DNA of 64,000 nucleotides, taken from NCBI GenBank assembly GCA_964016885.1, contig OZ024750.1, positions 43,152,001 through 43,216,000 of the forward strand, given 5' to 3'. This document shows, piece by piece, positions 41,501-59,500 of the stretch (its first letter is position 1; every line of letters starts with the position of its first letter). The notes beneath the pieces were generated by a model. That model ran no database searches. It saw only the letters and a list, made by a program, of their open reading frames with translations, and had not been told where the DNA came from. This stretch comes from Eledone cirrhosa. Its lineage: Eukaryota. A program made the translations under genes and the position numbers.

Positions 41501-44500
41501 CTAACTCACATCAACACACACACATACTTACACACTTTAACACACATCTACACACACACACATACTTACACACTCTAACACACATCTACACACACACATA
41601 CTTACACACTCTAACTCACATCTACACACACGTACTTACACACTCTAACTCACATCTACACACACACATACTTACACACTCTAACTCACATCAACACACA
41701 CACATACTTACACACTCTAACTCACATCAACACACACACATACTTACACACTCTAACTCACATCAACACACACACATACTTACACACTCTAACTCACATC
41801 AACACACACACATACTTACACACTCTAACTCACATCTACACACACACACATACTTACACACTCTAACTCACATCTACACACACACACATACTTACACACT
41901 CTAACTCACATCTACGCACACACACATACTTACACACTCTAACTCACATCTACACACACACATACTTACACACTCTAACACACATCTACACACACACACA
42001 TACTTACACACTCTAACACACATCTACACACACACATACTTACACACTCTAACTCACATCAACACACACACACATACTTACACACTCTAACTCACATCTA
42101 CACACACACATACTTACTTACACACTCTAACTCACATCTACACACACACATACTTACACACTCTAACTCACATCAACACACACACATACTTACACACTCT
42201 AACTCACATCAACACACACACACATACTTACACACTTTAACTCACATCTACACACACACACATACTTACACACTCTAACTCACATCTACACACACGCACA
42301 TACTTACACACTCTAACTCACATCAACACACACACATACTTACACACTCTAACTCACATCAACACACACACACATACTTACACACTCTCACTCACATCTA
42401 CACACACACACATACTTACACACTCTAACTCACATCAACACACACACATACTTACACACTTTAACACACATCTACACACACACAGATACCTACACACTCT
42501 AACTCACATCTACACACACACATACTTACACACGCTAACTCACATAAACACACACACATACTTACACACTTTAACACACATCTACACACACACACATACT
42601 TACACACTCTAACACACATCTACACACATATTACGCACTCTAACTCACATCTACACACACACATACTTACACACTCTAACTCACATCAACACACACACAC
42701 ACTTACCCATTTTAACACAAATCTACACACACACACATACTTACACACTCTAACACACATCTACACACACACATACTTACACACTCTAACTCACAACTAC
42801 ACACACACATACTTACACACTCTAACTCACATCAACACACACACATACTTACACACTTTAACACACATCTACACACACACACATACTTACACACTCTAAC
42901 ACACATCTACACACACACATACTTACACACTCTAACTCACATCTACACACACACATACTTACACACTCTAACTCACATCAACACACACACATACTTACAC
43001 ACTTTAACACACATCTACACACACACACATACTTACACACTCTAACTCACATCTACACACACACATACTTACACATTCTAACTCACATCAACACACACAC
43101 ATACTTACACACTTTAACACACATCTACACACACACACATACTTACACACTCTAACTCACATCAACACACACACATACTTACACACTTTAACACACATCT
43201 ACACACACACACATACTTACACACTCTAACACACATCTACACACACACATACTTACACACTCTAACTCACATCTACACACACGTACTTACACACTCTAAC
43301 TCACATCTACACACACACATACACACTCTAACTCACATCAACACACACACATACTTACACACTCTAACTCACATCAACACACACACATACTTACACACTC
43401 TAACTCACATCAACACACACACATACTTACACACTCTAACTCACATCAACACACACACATACTTACACACTCTAACTCACATCTACACACACACACATAC
43501 TTACACACTCTAACTCACATCTACACACACACACATACTTACACACTCTAACTCACATCTACACACACGCACATACTTACACACTCTAACTCACATCTAC
43601 ACACACACACATACTTAAACACTCTAACTCACATCTACACACACACATACTTACACACTCTAACACACATCTACACACACACACATACTTACACACTCTA
43701 ACACACATCTACACACACACATACTTACACACTCTAACTCACATCTACACACACACACATACTTACGCACTCTAACTCACATCTACACACACACATACTT
43801 ACACACTCTAACTCACATCAACACACACAAATACTTACACACTCTAACTCACATCAACACACACACACATACTTACACACTCTAACTCACATCTACACAC
43901 ACACACATACTTACACACTCTAACTCACATCTACACACACGCACATACTTACACACTCTAACTCACATCAACACACACACATACTTAGACACTCTAACTC
44001 ACATCAACACACACACACATACTTACACACTCTAACTCACATCTACACACACACACACATACTTACACACTCTAACTCACATCAACACACACACATACTT
44101 ACACACTTTAACACACATCTACACACACACAGATACCTACACACTCTAACTCACATCTACACACACACATACTTACACACGCTAACTCACATAAACACAC
44201 ACACATACTTACACACTTTAACACACATCTACACACACACACATACTTACACACTCTAACACACATCTACACACATACCTACGCACTCTAACTCACATCT
44301 ACACACACACATACTTACACACTCTAACTCACATCAACACACACACACACTTACCCATTTTAACACAAATCTACACACACACACATACTTACACACTCTA
44401 ACACACATCTACACACACACATACTTACACACTCTAACTCACATCTACACACACACATACTTACACACTCTAACTCACATCTACACACACACATACTTAC

Positions 44501-47500
44501 ACACTTTAACACACATCTACACACACACACATACTTACACACTCTAACTCACATCAACACACACACATACTTACACACTTTAACACACATCTACACACAC
44601 ACACACACATACTTACACACTCTAACACACATCTACACACACACATACTTACACACTCTAACTCACATCTACACACACGTACTTACACACTCTAACTCAC
44701 ATCTACACACACACATACTTACACACTCTAACTCACATCAACACACACACATACTTACACACTCTAACTCACATCAACACACACACATACTTACACACTC
44801 TAACTCACATCAACACACACACATACTTACACACTCTAACTCACATCAACACACACACATACTTACACACTCTAACTCACATCTACACACACACACATAC
44901 TTACACACTCTAACTCACATCTACACACACGCACATACTTACACACTCTAACTCACATCTACACACACACACATACTTAAACACTCTAACTCACATCTAC
45001 ACACACACATACTTACACACTCTAACACACATCTACACACACACACATACTTACACACTCTAACACACATCTACACACACACATACTTACTTACACACTC
45101 TAACTCACATCTACACACACACATACTTACACACTCTAACTCACATCAACAGACACACATACTTACACACTCTAACTCACATCAACACACACACACATAC
45201 TTACACACTCTAACTCACATCTACGCACACACACATACTTACACACTCTAATTCACATCTACACACACGCACATACTTACACACTCTAACTCACATCAAC
45301 ACACACACATACTTACACACTCTAACTCACATCAACACACACACACATACTTACACACTCTAACTCACATCAACACACACACATACTTACACACTTTAAC
45401 ACACATCTACACACACACAGATGCCTACACACTCTAACTCACATCTACACACACACATACTTACACACTCTAACTCACATCAACACACACACATACTTAC
45501 ACACTTTAACACACATCTACACACACACACATACTTACACACTCTAACACACATCTACACACATACTTACGCACTCTAACTCACATCTACACACACACAT
45601 ACTTACAAACTCTAACTCACATCAACACACACACATACTTACACATTTTAACACACATCTACACACACACACATACCTACACACTCTAACACACATCTAC
45701 ACACACACATACTTACACACTCTAACTCACATCTACACACACACATACTTACACACTCTAACTCACATCAACACACACACATACTTACACACTTTAACAC
45801 ACATCTACACACACACACATACTTACACACTCTAACACACATCTACACACACACATACTTACATACTCTAACTCACATCTACACACACACATACTTACAC
45901 ACTCTAACTCATATCAACACACACACATACTTACACACTTTAACACACATCTACACACACACACATACTTACACACTCTAACACACATCTACACACACAC
46001 ATACTTACACACTCTAACTCACATCTACACACACACACATACTTACACACTCTTACTCACATCTACACACACACATACTTACTTACACACTCTAACTCAC
46101 ATCTACACACACACATACTTACACACTCTAACTCACATCAACAGACACACATACTTACACACTCTAACTCACATCTACGCACACACACACATACTTACAC
46201 ACTCTAACTCACATCTACACACACACACATACTTACACACTCTAACTCACATCTACACACACGCACATACTTACACACTCTAACTCACATCAACACACAC
46301 ACATACTTACACACTCTAACTCACATCAACACACACACACATACTTACACACTCTAACTCACATCAACACACACACATACTTACACACTTTAACACACAT
46401 CTACACACACACAGATGCCTACACACTCTAACTCACATCTACACACACACATACTTACACACTCTAACTCACATCAACACACACACATACTTACACACTT
46501 TAACACACATCTACACACACACACATACTTACACACTCTAACACACATCTACACACATACTTACGCACTCTAACTCACATCTACACACACACATACTTAC
46601 ACACTCTAACTCACATCAACACACACACATACTTACACATTTTAACACACATCTACACACACACACATACTTACACACTCTAACACACATCTACACACAC
46701 ACATACTTACACACTCTAACTCACATCTACACACACACATACTTACACACTCTAACTCATATCAACACACACACATACTTACACACTTTAACACACATCT
46801 ACACACACACACATACTTACACACTCTAACACACATCTACACACATACTTACGCACTCTAACTCACATCTACACACACACATACTTACACACTCTAACTC
46901 ACATCAACACACACACACACTTACCCATTTTAACACAAATCTACACACACACACATACTTACACACTCTAACACACATCTACACACACACATACTTACAC
47001 ACTCTAACTCACATCTACACACACACATACTTACACACTCTAACTCACATCAACACACACACATACTTACACACTTTAACACACATCTACACACACACAC
47101 ATACTTACACACTCTAACACACATCTACACACACACATACTTACACACTCTAACTCACATCTACACACACACATACTTACACACTCTAACTCACATCAAC
47201 ACACACACACACTTACACACTTTAACACACATCTACACACACACACATACTTACACACTCTAACTCACATCTACACACACACATACTTACACACTCTAAC
47301 TCACATCAACACACACACATACTTACACACTTTAACACACATCTACACACACACACATACTTACACACTCTAACTCACATAACACACACACATACTTACA
47401 CACTTTAACACACATCTACACACACACACATACTTACACACTCTAACACACATCTACACACACACATACTTACTTACACACTCTAACTCACATCTACACA

Positions 47501-50500
47501 CACACATACTTACACACTCTAACTCACATCTACACACACACATACTTACTTACACACTCTAACTCACATCTACACACACACATACTTACACACTCTAACT
47601 CACATCAACAGACACACATACTTACACACTCTAACTCACATCTACGCACACACACACATACTTACACACTCTAACTCACATCTACACACACACACATACT
47701 TACACACTCTAACTCACATCTACACACACGCACATACTTACACACTCTAACTCACATCAACACACACACATACTTACACACTCTAACTCACATCAACACA
47801 CACACACATACTTACACACTCTAACTCACATCAACACACACACATACTTACACACTTTAACACACATCTACACACACACAGATGCCTACACACTCTAACT
47901 CACATCTACACACACACATACTTACACACTCTAACTCACATCAACACACACACATACTTACACACTTTAACACACATCTACACACACACACATACTTACA
48001 CACTCTAACACACATCTACACACATACTTACGCACTCTAACTCACATCTACACACACACATACTTACACACTCTAACTCACATCAACACACACACATACT
48101 TACACATTTTAACACACATCTACACACACACACATACTTACACACTCTAACACACATCTACACACACACATACTTACACACTCTAACTCACATCTACACA
48201 CACACATACTTACACACTCTAACTCATATCAACACACACACATACTTACACACTTTAACACACATCTACACACACACACATACTTACACACTCTAACACA
48301 CATCTACACACATACTTACGCACTCTAACTCACATCTACACACACACATACTTACACACTCTAACTCACATCAACACACACACACACTTACCCATTTTAA
48401 CACAAATCTACACACACACACATACTTACACACTCTAACACACATCTACACACACACATACTTACACACTCTAACTCACATCTACACACACACATACTTA
48501 CACACTCTAACTCACATCAACACACACACATACTTACACACTTTAACACACATCTACACACACACACATACTTACACACTCTAACACACATCTACACACA
48601 CACATACTTACACACTCTAACTCACATCTACACACACACATACTTACACACTCTAACTCACATCAACACACACACACACTTACACACTTTAACACACATC
48701 TACACACACACACATACTTACACACTCTAACTCACATCTACACACACACATACTTACACACTCTAACTCACATCAACACACACACATACTTACACACTTT
48801 AACACACATCTACACACACACACATACTTACACACTCTAACTCACATAACACACACACATACTTACACACTTTAACACACATCTACACACACACACATAC
48901 TTACACACTCTAACACACATCTACACACACACATACTTACACACTCTAACTCACATCTACACACACGTACTTACACACTCTAACTCACATCAACACACAC
49001 ACATACTTACACACTCTAACTCACATCAACACACACACATACTTACACACTCTAACTCACATCAACACACACACATACTTACACACTCTAACTCACATCA
49101 ACACACACACATACTTACACACTCTAACTCACATCTACACACACACACATACTTACACACTCTAACTCACATCTACACACACACACATACTTACACACTC
49201 TAACTCACATCTACACACACGCACATACTTACACACTCTAACTCACATCTACACACACACACATACTTAACCACTCTAACTCACATCTACACACACACAT
49301 ACTTACACACTCTAACACACATCTACACACACACACATACTTACACACTCTAACACACATCTACACACACACATACTTACACACTCTAACTCACATCTAC
49401 ACACACACACATACTTACGCACTCTAACTCACATCTACACACACACATACTTACTTACACACTCTAACTCACATCTACACACACACATACTTACACACTC
49501 TAACTCACATCAACAGACACACATACTTACACACTCTAACTCACATCAACACACACACACATACTTACACACTCTAACTCACATCTACACACACACACAT
49601 ACTTACACACTCTAATTCACATCTACACACACGCACATACTTACACACTCTAACTCACATCAACACACACACATACTTACACACGCTAACTCACATCAAC
49701 ACACACACACATACTTACACACTCTAACTCACATCAACACACACACATACTTACACACTTTAACACACATCTACACACACACAGATGCCTACACACTCTA
49801 ACTCACATCTACACACACACATACTTACACACTCTAACTCACATCAACACACACACATACTTACACACTTTAACACACATCTACACACACACACATACTT
49901 ACACACTCTAACACACATCTACACACATACTTACGCACTCTAACTCACATCTACACACACACATACTTACAAACTCTAACTCACATCAACACACACACAT
50001 ACTTACACATTTTAACACACATCTACACACACACACATACCTACACACTCTAACACACATCTACACACACACATACTTACACACTCTAACTCACATCTAC
50101 ACACACACATACTTACACACTCTAACTCACATCAACACACACACATACTTACACAATTTAACACACATCTACACACACACACATACTTACACAATCTAAC
50201 ACACATCTACACACACACATACTTACATACTCTAACTCACATCTACACACACACATACTTACACACTCTAACTCATATCAACACACACACATACTTACAC
50301 ACTTTAACACACATCTACACACACACACATACTTACACACTCTAACACACATCTACACACACACATACTTACACACTCTAACTCACATCTACACACACGT
50401 ACTTACACACTCTAACTCACATCTACACACACACATACTTACACACTCTAACTCACATCAACACACACACATACTTACACACTCTAACTCACATCTACAC

Positions 50501-53500
50501 ACACACATACTTACACACTCTAACACACATCTACACACACACACATACTTACACACTCTAACACACATCTACACACACACATACTTACACACTCTAACTC
50601 ACATCTACACACACACACATACTTACACACTCTTACTCACATCTACACACACACATACTTACTTACACACTCTAACTCACATCTACACACACACATACTT
50701 ACACACTCTAACTCACATCAACAGACACACATACTTACACACTCTAACTCACATCAACACACACACACATACTTACACACTCTAACTCACATCTACACAC
50801 AAACACATACTTACACACTCTAACTCACATCTACACACACGCACATACTTACACACTCTAACTCACATCAACACACACACATACTTACACACTCTAACTC
50901 ACATCAACACACACACACATACTTACACACTCTAACTCACATCAACACACACACATACTTCCACACTTTAACACACATCTACACACACACAGATGCCTAC
51001 ACACTCTAACTCACATCTACACACACACATACTTACACACTCTAACTCACATCAACACACACACATACTTACACACTTTAACACACATCTACACACACAC
51101 ACATACTTACACACTCTAACACACATCTACACACATACTTACGCACTCTAACTCACATCTACACACACACATACTTACACACTCTAACTCACATCAACAC
51201 ACACACATACTTACACATTTTAACACACATCTACACACACACACATACTTACACACTCTAACACACATCTACACACACACATACTTACACACTCTAACTC
51301 ACATCGACACACACACATACTTACACACTCTAACTCACATCAACACACACACATACTTACACACTTTAACACACATCTACACACACACACATACTTACAC
51401 ACTCTAACACACATCTACATACACACATACTTACACACTCTAACTCACATCTACACACACACATACTTACACACTCTAACTCATATCAACACACACACAT
51501 ACTTACACACTTTAACACACATCTACACACACACACATACTTACACACTCTAACTCACATCTACACACACACATACTTACACACTCTAACTCACATCAAC
51601 ACACACACATACTTACACACTTTAACACACATCTACAGACACACATACTTACACACTCTAACTCACATCTACACACACGAACTTACACACTCTAACTCAC
51701 ATCTACACACACACATACTTACACACTCTAACTCACATCAACACACACACATACTTACACACTCTAACTCACATCAACACACACACATACTTACACACTC
51801 TAACTCACATCAACACACACACATACTTACACACTCTAACTCACATCAACACACACACATACTTACACACTCTAACTCACATCTACACACACACACATAC
51901 TTACACACTCTAACTCACATCAACACACACACATACTTACACACTCTAACTCACATCAACACACACACATACTTACACACTCTAACTCACATCAACACAC
52001 ACACATACTTACACACTCTAACTCACATCAACACACACACATACTTACACACTCTAACTCACATCTACACACACACATACTTACACACTCTAACTCACAT
52101 CAACACACACACATACTTACACACTCTAACACACATCTACACACACACATACTTACACACTCTAACTCACATCTACACACACGAACTTACACACTCTAAC
52201 TCACATCTACACACACACATACTTACACACTCTAACTCACATCAACACACACACATACTTACACACTCTAACTCACATCAACACACACACATACTTACAC
52301 ACTCTAACTCACATCAACACACACACATACTTACACACTCTAACTCACATCAACACACACACATACTTACACACTCTAACTCACATCTACACACACACAC
52401 ATACTTACACACTCTAACTCACATCTACACACACACACATACTTACACACTCTAACTCACATCTACACACACATATACTTACACACTCTAACTCACATCA
52501 ACACACACACATACTTACACACTTTAACACACATCTACACACACACACATACTTACACACTCTAACTCACATCTACACACACACATACTTACACACTCTA
52601 ACTCACATCAACACACACACATACTTACACACTCTAACTCACATCTACACACACACATACTTACACACTCTAACTCACATCTACACACACACACATACTT
52701 ACACACTCTAACTCACATCAACACACACACATACTTACACACTTTAACACACATCAACACACACACACATACTTACACACTCTAACTCACATCTACACAC
52801 ACACATACTTACACACTCTAACTCACATCAACACGCACACATACTTACACACTCTAACTCACATCTACACACACACACATACTTACACACTCTAACTCAC
52901 ATCAACACACACACATACTTACACAGTCTAACTCACATCTACACACACACACATACTTACACACTCTAACTCACATCTACACACACACACATACTTACAC
53001 ACTCTAACTCACATCTACACACACACACATACTTACACACTCTAACTCACATCTACACACACACACATACTTACACACTCTAACTCACATCAACCCACAC
53101 ACATACTTACACACTTTAACACACATCTACACACACACACATACTTGCACACTCTAACTCACATCTACACACACACATACTTACACACTCTAACTCACAT
53201 CAACACACACACATACTTACACACTTTAACACACATCTACACACACACACATACTTACACACTCTAACACACATCTACACACACACACATACTTACACAC
53301 TCTAACTCACATCTACACACACACATACTTACACACTCTAACTCACATCAACACACACACATACTTACACACTTTAACACACATCTACACACACACACAT
53401 ACTAACACACTCTAACACACATCTACACACACACACATACTTACACACTCTAACTCACATCTACACACACGTACTTACACACTCTAACTCACATCTACAC

Positions 53501-56500
53501 ACACACATACTTACACACTCTAACTCACATCAACACACACACATACTTACACACTCTAACTCACATCTACACACACACATACTTACACACTCTAACACAC
53601 ATCTACACACACACACATACTTACACACTCTAACACACATCTACACACACACATACTTACACACTCTAACTCACATCTACACACACACATACTTACATAC
53701 TCTAACTCACATCTACACACACACATACTTACACACTCTAACTCATATCAACACACACACATACTTACACACTTTAACACACATCTACACACACACACAT
53801 ACTTACACACTCTAACACACATCTACACACACACATACTTACACACTCTAACTCACATCTACACACACGTACTTACACACTCTAACTCACATCTACACAC
53901 ACACATACTTACACACTCTAACTCACATCAACACACACACATACTTACACACTCTAACTCACATCTACACACACACATACTTACACACTCTAACACACAT
54001 CTACACACACACACATACTTACACACTCTAACACACATCTACACACACACATACTTACACACTCTAACTCACATCTACACACACACACATACTTACACAC
54101 TCTTACTCACATCTACACACACACATACTTACTTACACACTCTAACTCACATCTACACACACACATACTTACACACTCTAACTCCCATCAACAGACACAC
54201 ATACTTACACACTCTAACTCACATCAACACACACACACATACTTACACACTCTAACTCACATCTACACACACACACATACTTACACACTCTAACTCACAT
54301 CTACACACACGCACATACTTACACACTCTAACTCACATCAACACACACACATACTTACACACTCTAACTCACATCAACACACACACACATACTTACACAC
54401 TCTAACTCACATCAACACACACACATACTTCCACACTTTAACACACATCTACACACACACAGATGCCTACACACTCTAACTCACATCTACACACACACAT
54501 ACTTACACACTCTAACTCACATCAACACACACACATACTTACACACTTTAACACACATCTACACACACACACATACTTACACACTCTAACACACATCTAC
54601 ACACATACTTACGCACTCTAACTCACATCTACACACACACATACTTACACACTCTAACTCACATCAACACACACACATACTTACACATTTTAACACACAT
54701 CTACACACACACACATACTTACACACTCTAACACACATCTACACACACACATACTTACACACTCTAACTCACATCGACACACACACATACTTACACACTC
54801 TAACTCACATCAACACACACACATACTTACACACTTTAACACACATCTACACACACACACATACTTACACACTCTAACACACATCTACAGACACACACAT
54901 ACTTACACACTCTAACTCACATCAACACACACACATACTTACACAATTTAACACACATCTACAGACACACACATACTTACACACTCTAACACACATCTAC
55001 ACACACACATACTTACACACTCTAACTCACATCTACACACACGAACTTACACACTCTAACTCACATCTACACACACACATACTTACACACTCTAACTCAC
55101 ATCAACACACACACATACTTACACACTCTAACTCACATCAACACACACACATACTTACACACTCTAACTCACATCAACACACACACATACTTACACACTC
55201 TAACTCACATCAACACACACACATACTTACACACTCTAACTCACATCTACACACACACACATACTTACACACTCTAACTCACATCTACACACACACACAT
55301 ACTTACACACTCTAACTCACATCTACACACACACATACTTACACACTCTAACTCACATCAACACACACACATACTTACACACTTTAACACACATCTACAC
55401 ACACACACATACTTACACACTCTAACTCACATCTACACACACACATACTTACACACTCTAACTCACATCAACACACACACATACTTACACACTCTAACTC
55501 ACATCTACACACACACATACTTACACACTCTAACTCACATCTACACACACACACATACTTACACACTCTAACTCACATCAACACACACACATACTTACAC
55601 ACTTTAACACACATCTACACACACACACATACTTACACACTCTAACTCACATCTACACACACACATACTTACACACTCTAACTCACATCAACACACACAC
55701 ATACTTACACACTTTAACACACATCTACACACACACACATACTTACACACTCTAACTCACATAACACACACACATACTTACACACTTTAACACACATCTA
55801 CACACACACACATACTTACACACTCTAACACACATCTACACACACACATACTTACACACTCTAACTCACATCTACACACACGTACTTACACACTCTAACT
55901 CACATCAACACACACACATACTTACACACTCTAACTCACATCAACACACACACATACTTACACACTCTAACTCACATCAACACACACACATACTTACACA
56001 CTCTAACTCACATCAACACACACACATACTTACACACTCTAACTCACATCTACACACACACACATACTTACACACTCTAACTCACATCTACACACACACA
56101 CATACTTACACACTCTAACTCACATCTACACACACGCACATACTTACACACTCTAACTCACATCTACACACACACACATACTTAACCACTCTAACTCACA
56201 TCTACACACACACATACTTACACACTCTAACACACATCTACACACACACACATACTTACACACTCTAACACACATCTACACACACACATACTTACACACT
56301 CTAACTCACATCTACACACACACACATACTTACGCACTCTAACTCACATCTACACACACACATACTTACTTACACACTCTAACTCACATCTACACACACA
56401 CATACTTACACACTCTAACTCACATCAACAGACACACATACTTACACACTCTAACTCACATCAACACACACACACATACTTACACACTCTAACTCACATC

Positions 56501-59500
56501 TACACACACACACATACTTACACACTCTAATTCACATCTACACACACGCACATACTTACACACTCTAACTCACATCAACACACACACATACTTACACACG
56601 CTAACTCACATCAACACACACACACATACTTACACACTCTAACTCACATCAACACACACACATACTTACACACTTTAACACACATCTACACACACACAGA
56701 TGCCTACACACTCTAACTCACATCTACACACACACATACTTACACACTCTAACTCACATTAAACACACACACATACTTACACACTTTAACACACATCTAC
56801 ACACACACACATACTTACACACTCTAACACACATCTACACACATACTTACGCACTCTAACTCACATCTACACACACACATACTTACAAACTCTAACTCAC
56901 ATCAACACACACACATACTTACACATTTTAACACACATCTACACACACACACATACCTACACACTCTAACACACATCTACACACACACATACTTACACAC
57001 TCTAACTCACATCTACACACACACATACTTACACACTCTAACTCACATCAACACACACACATACTTACACAATTTAACACACATCTACACACACACACAT
57101 ACTTACACAATCTAACACACATCTACACACACACATACTTACATACTCTAACTCACATCTACACACACACATACTTACACACTCTAACTCATATCAACAC
57201 ACACACATACTTACACACTTTAACACACATCTACACACACACACATACTTACACACTCTAACACACATCTACACACACACATACTTACACACTCTAACTC
57301 ACATCTACACACACGTACTTACACACTCTAACTCACATCTACACACACACATACTTACACACTCTAACTCACATCAACACACACACATACTTACACACTC
57401 TAACTCACATCTACACACACACATACTTACACACTCTAACACACATCTACACACACACACATACTTACACACTCTAACACACATCTACACACACACATAC
57501 TTACACACTCTAACTCACATCTACACACACACACATACTTACACACTCTTACTCACATCTACACACACACATACTTACTTACACACTCTAACTCACATCT
57601 ACACACACACATACTTACACACTCTAACTCACATCAACAGACACACATACTTACACACTCTAACTCACATCAACACACACACACATACTTACACACTCTA
57701 ACTCACATCTACACACACACACATACTTACACACTCTAACTCACATCTACACACACGCACATACTTACACACTCTAACTCACATCAACACACACACATAC
57801 TTACACACTCTAACTCACATCAACACACACACACATACTTACACACTCTAACTCACATCAACACACACACATACTTCCACACTTTAACACACATCTACAC
57901 ACACACAGATGCCTACACACTCTAACTCACATCTACACACACACATACTTACACACTCTAACTCACATCAACACACACACATACTTACACACTTTAACAC
58001 ACATCTACACACACACACATACTTACACACTCTAACACACATCTACACACATACTTACGCACTCTAACTCACATCTACACACACACATACTTACACACTC
58101 TAACTCACATCAACACACACACATACTTACACATTTTAACACACATCTACACACACACACATACTTACACACTCTAACACACATCTACACACACACATAC
58201 TTACACACTCTAACTCACATCGACACACACACATACTTACACACTCTAACTCACATCAACACACACACATACTTACACACTTTAACACACATCTACACAC
58301 ACACACATACTTACACACTCTAACACACATCTACATACACACATACTTACACACTCTAACTCACATCTACACACACACATACTTACACACTCTAACTCAT
58401 ATCAACACACACACATACTTACACACTTTAACACACATCTACACACACACACATACTTACACACTCTAACTCACATCTACACACACACATACTTACACAC
58501 TCTAACTCACATCAACACACACACATACTTACACACTTTAACACACATCTACAGACACACATACTTACACACTCTAACTCACATCTACACACACGAACTT
58601 ACACACTCTAACTCACATCTACACACACACATACTTACACACTCTAACTCACATCAACACACACACATACTTACACACTCTAACTCACATCAACACACAC
58701 ACATACTTACACACTCTAACTCACATCAACACACACACATACTTACACACTCTAACTCACATCAACACACACACATACTTACACACTCTAACTCACATCT
58801 ACACACACACACATACTTACACACTCTAACTCACATCAACACACACACATACTTACACACTCTAACTCACATCAACACACACACATACTTACACACTCTA
58901 ACTCACATCAACACACACACATACTTACACACTCTAACTCACATCAACACACACACATACTTACACACTCTAACTCACATCTACACACACACATACTTAC
59001 ACACTCTAACTCACATCAACACACACACATACTTACACACTCTAACACACATCTACACACACACATACTTACACACTCTAACTCACATCTACACACACGA
59101 ACTTACACACTCTAACTCACATCTACACACACACATACTTACACACTCTAACTCACATCAACACACACACATACTTACACACTCTAACTCACATCAACAC
59201 ACACACATACTTACACACTCTAACTCACATCAACACACACACATACTTACACACTCTAACTCACATCAACACACACACATACTTACACACTCTAACTCAC
59301 ATCTACACACACACACATACTTACACACTCTAACTCACATCTACACACACACACATACTTACACACACTAACTCACATCTACACACACATATACTTACAC
59401 ACTCTAACTCACATCAACACACACACATACTTACACACTTTAACACACATCTACACACACACACATACTTACACACTCTAACTCACATCTACACACACAC

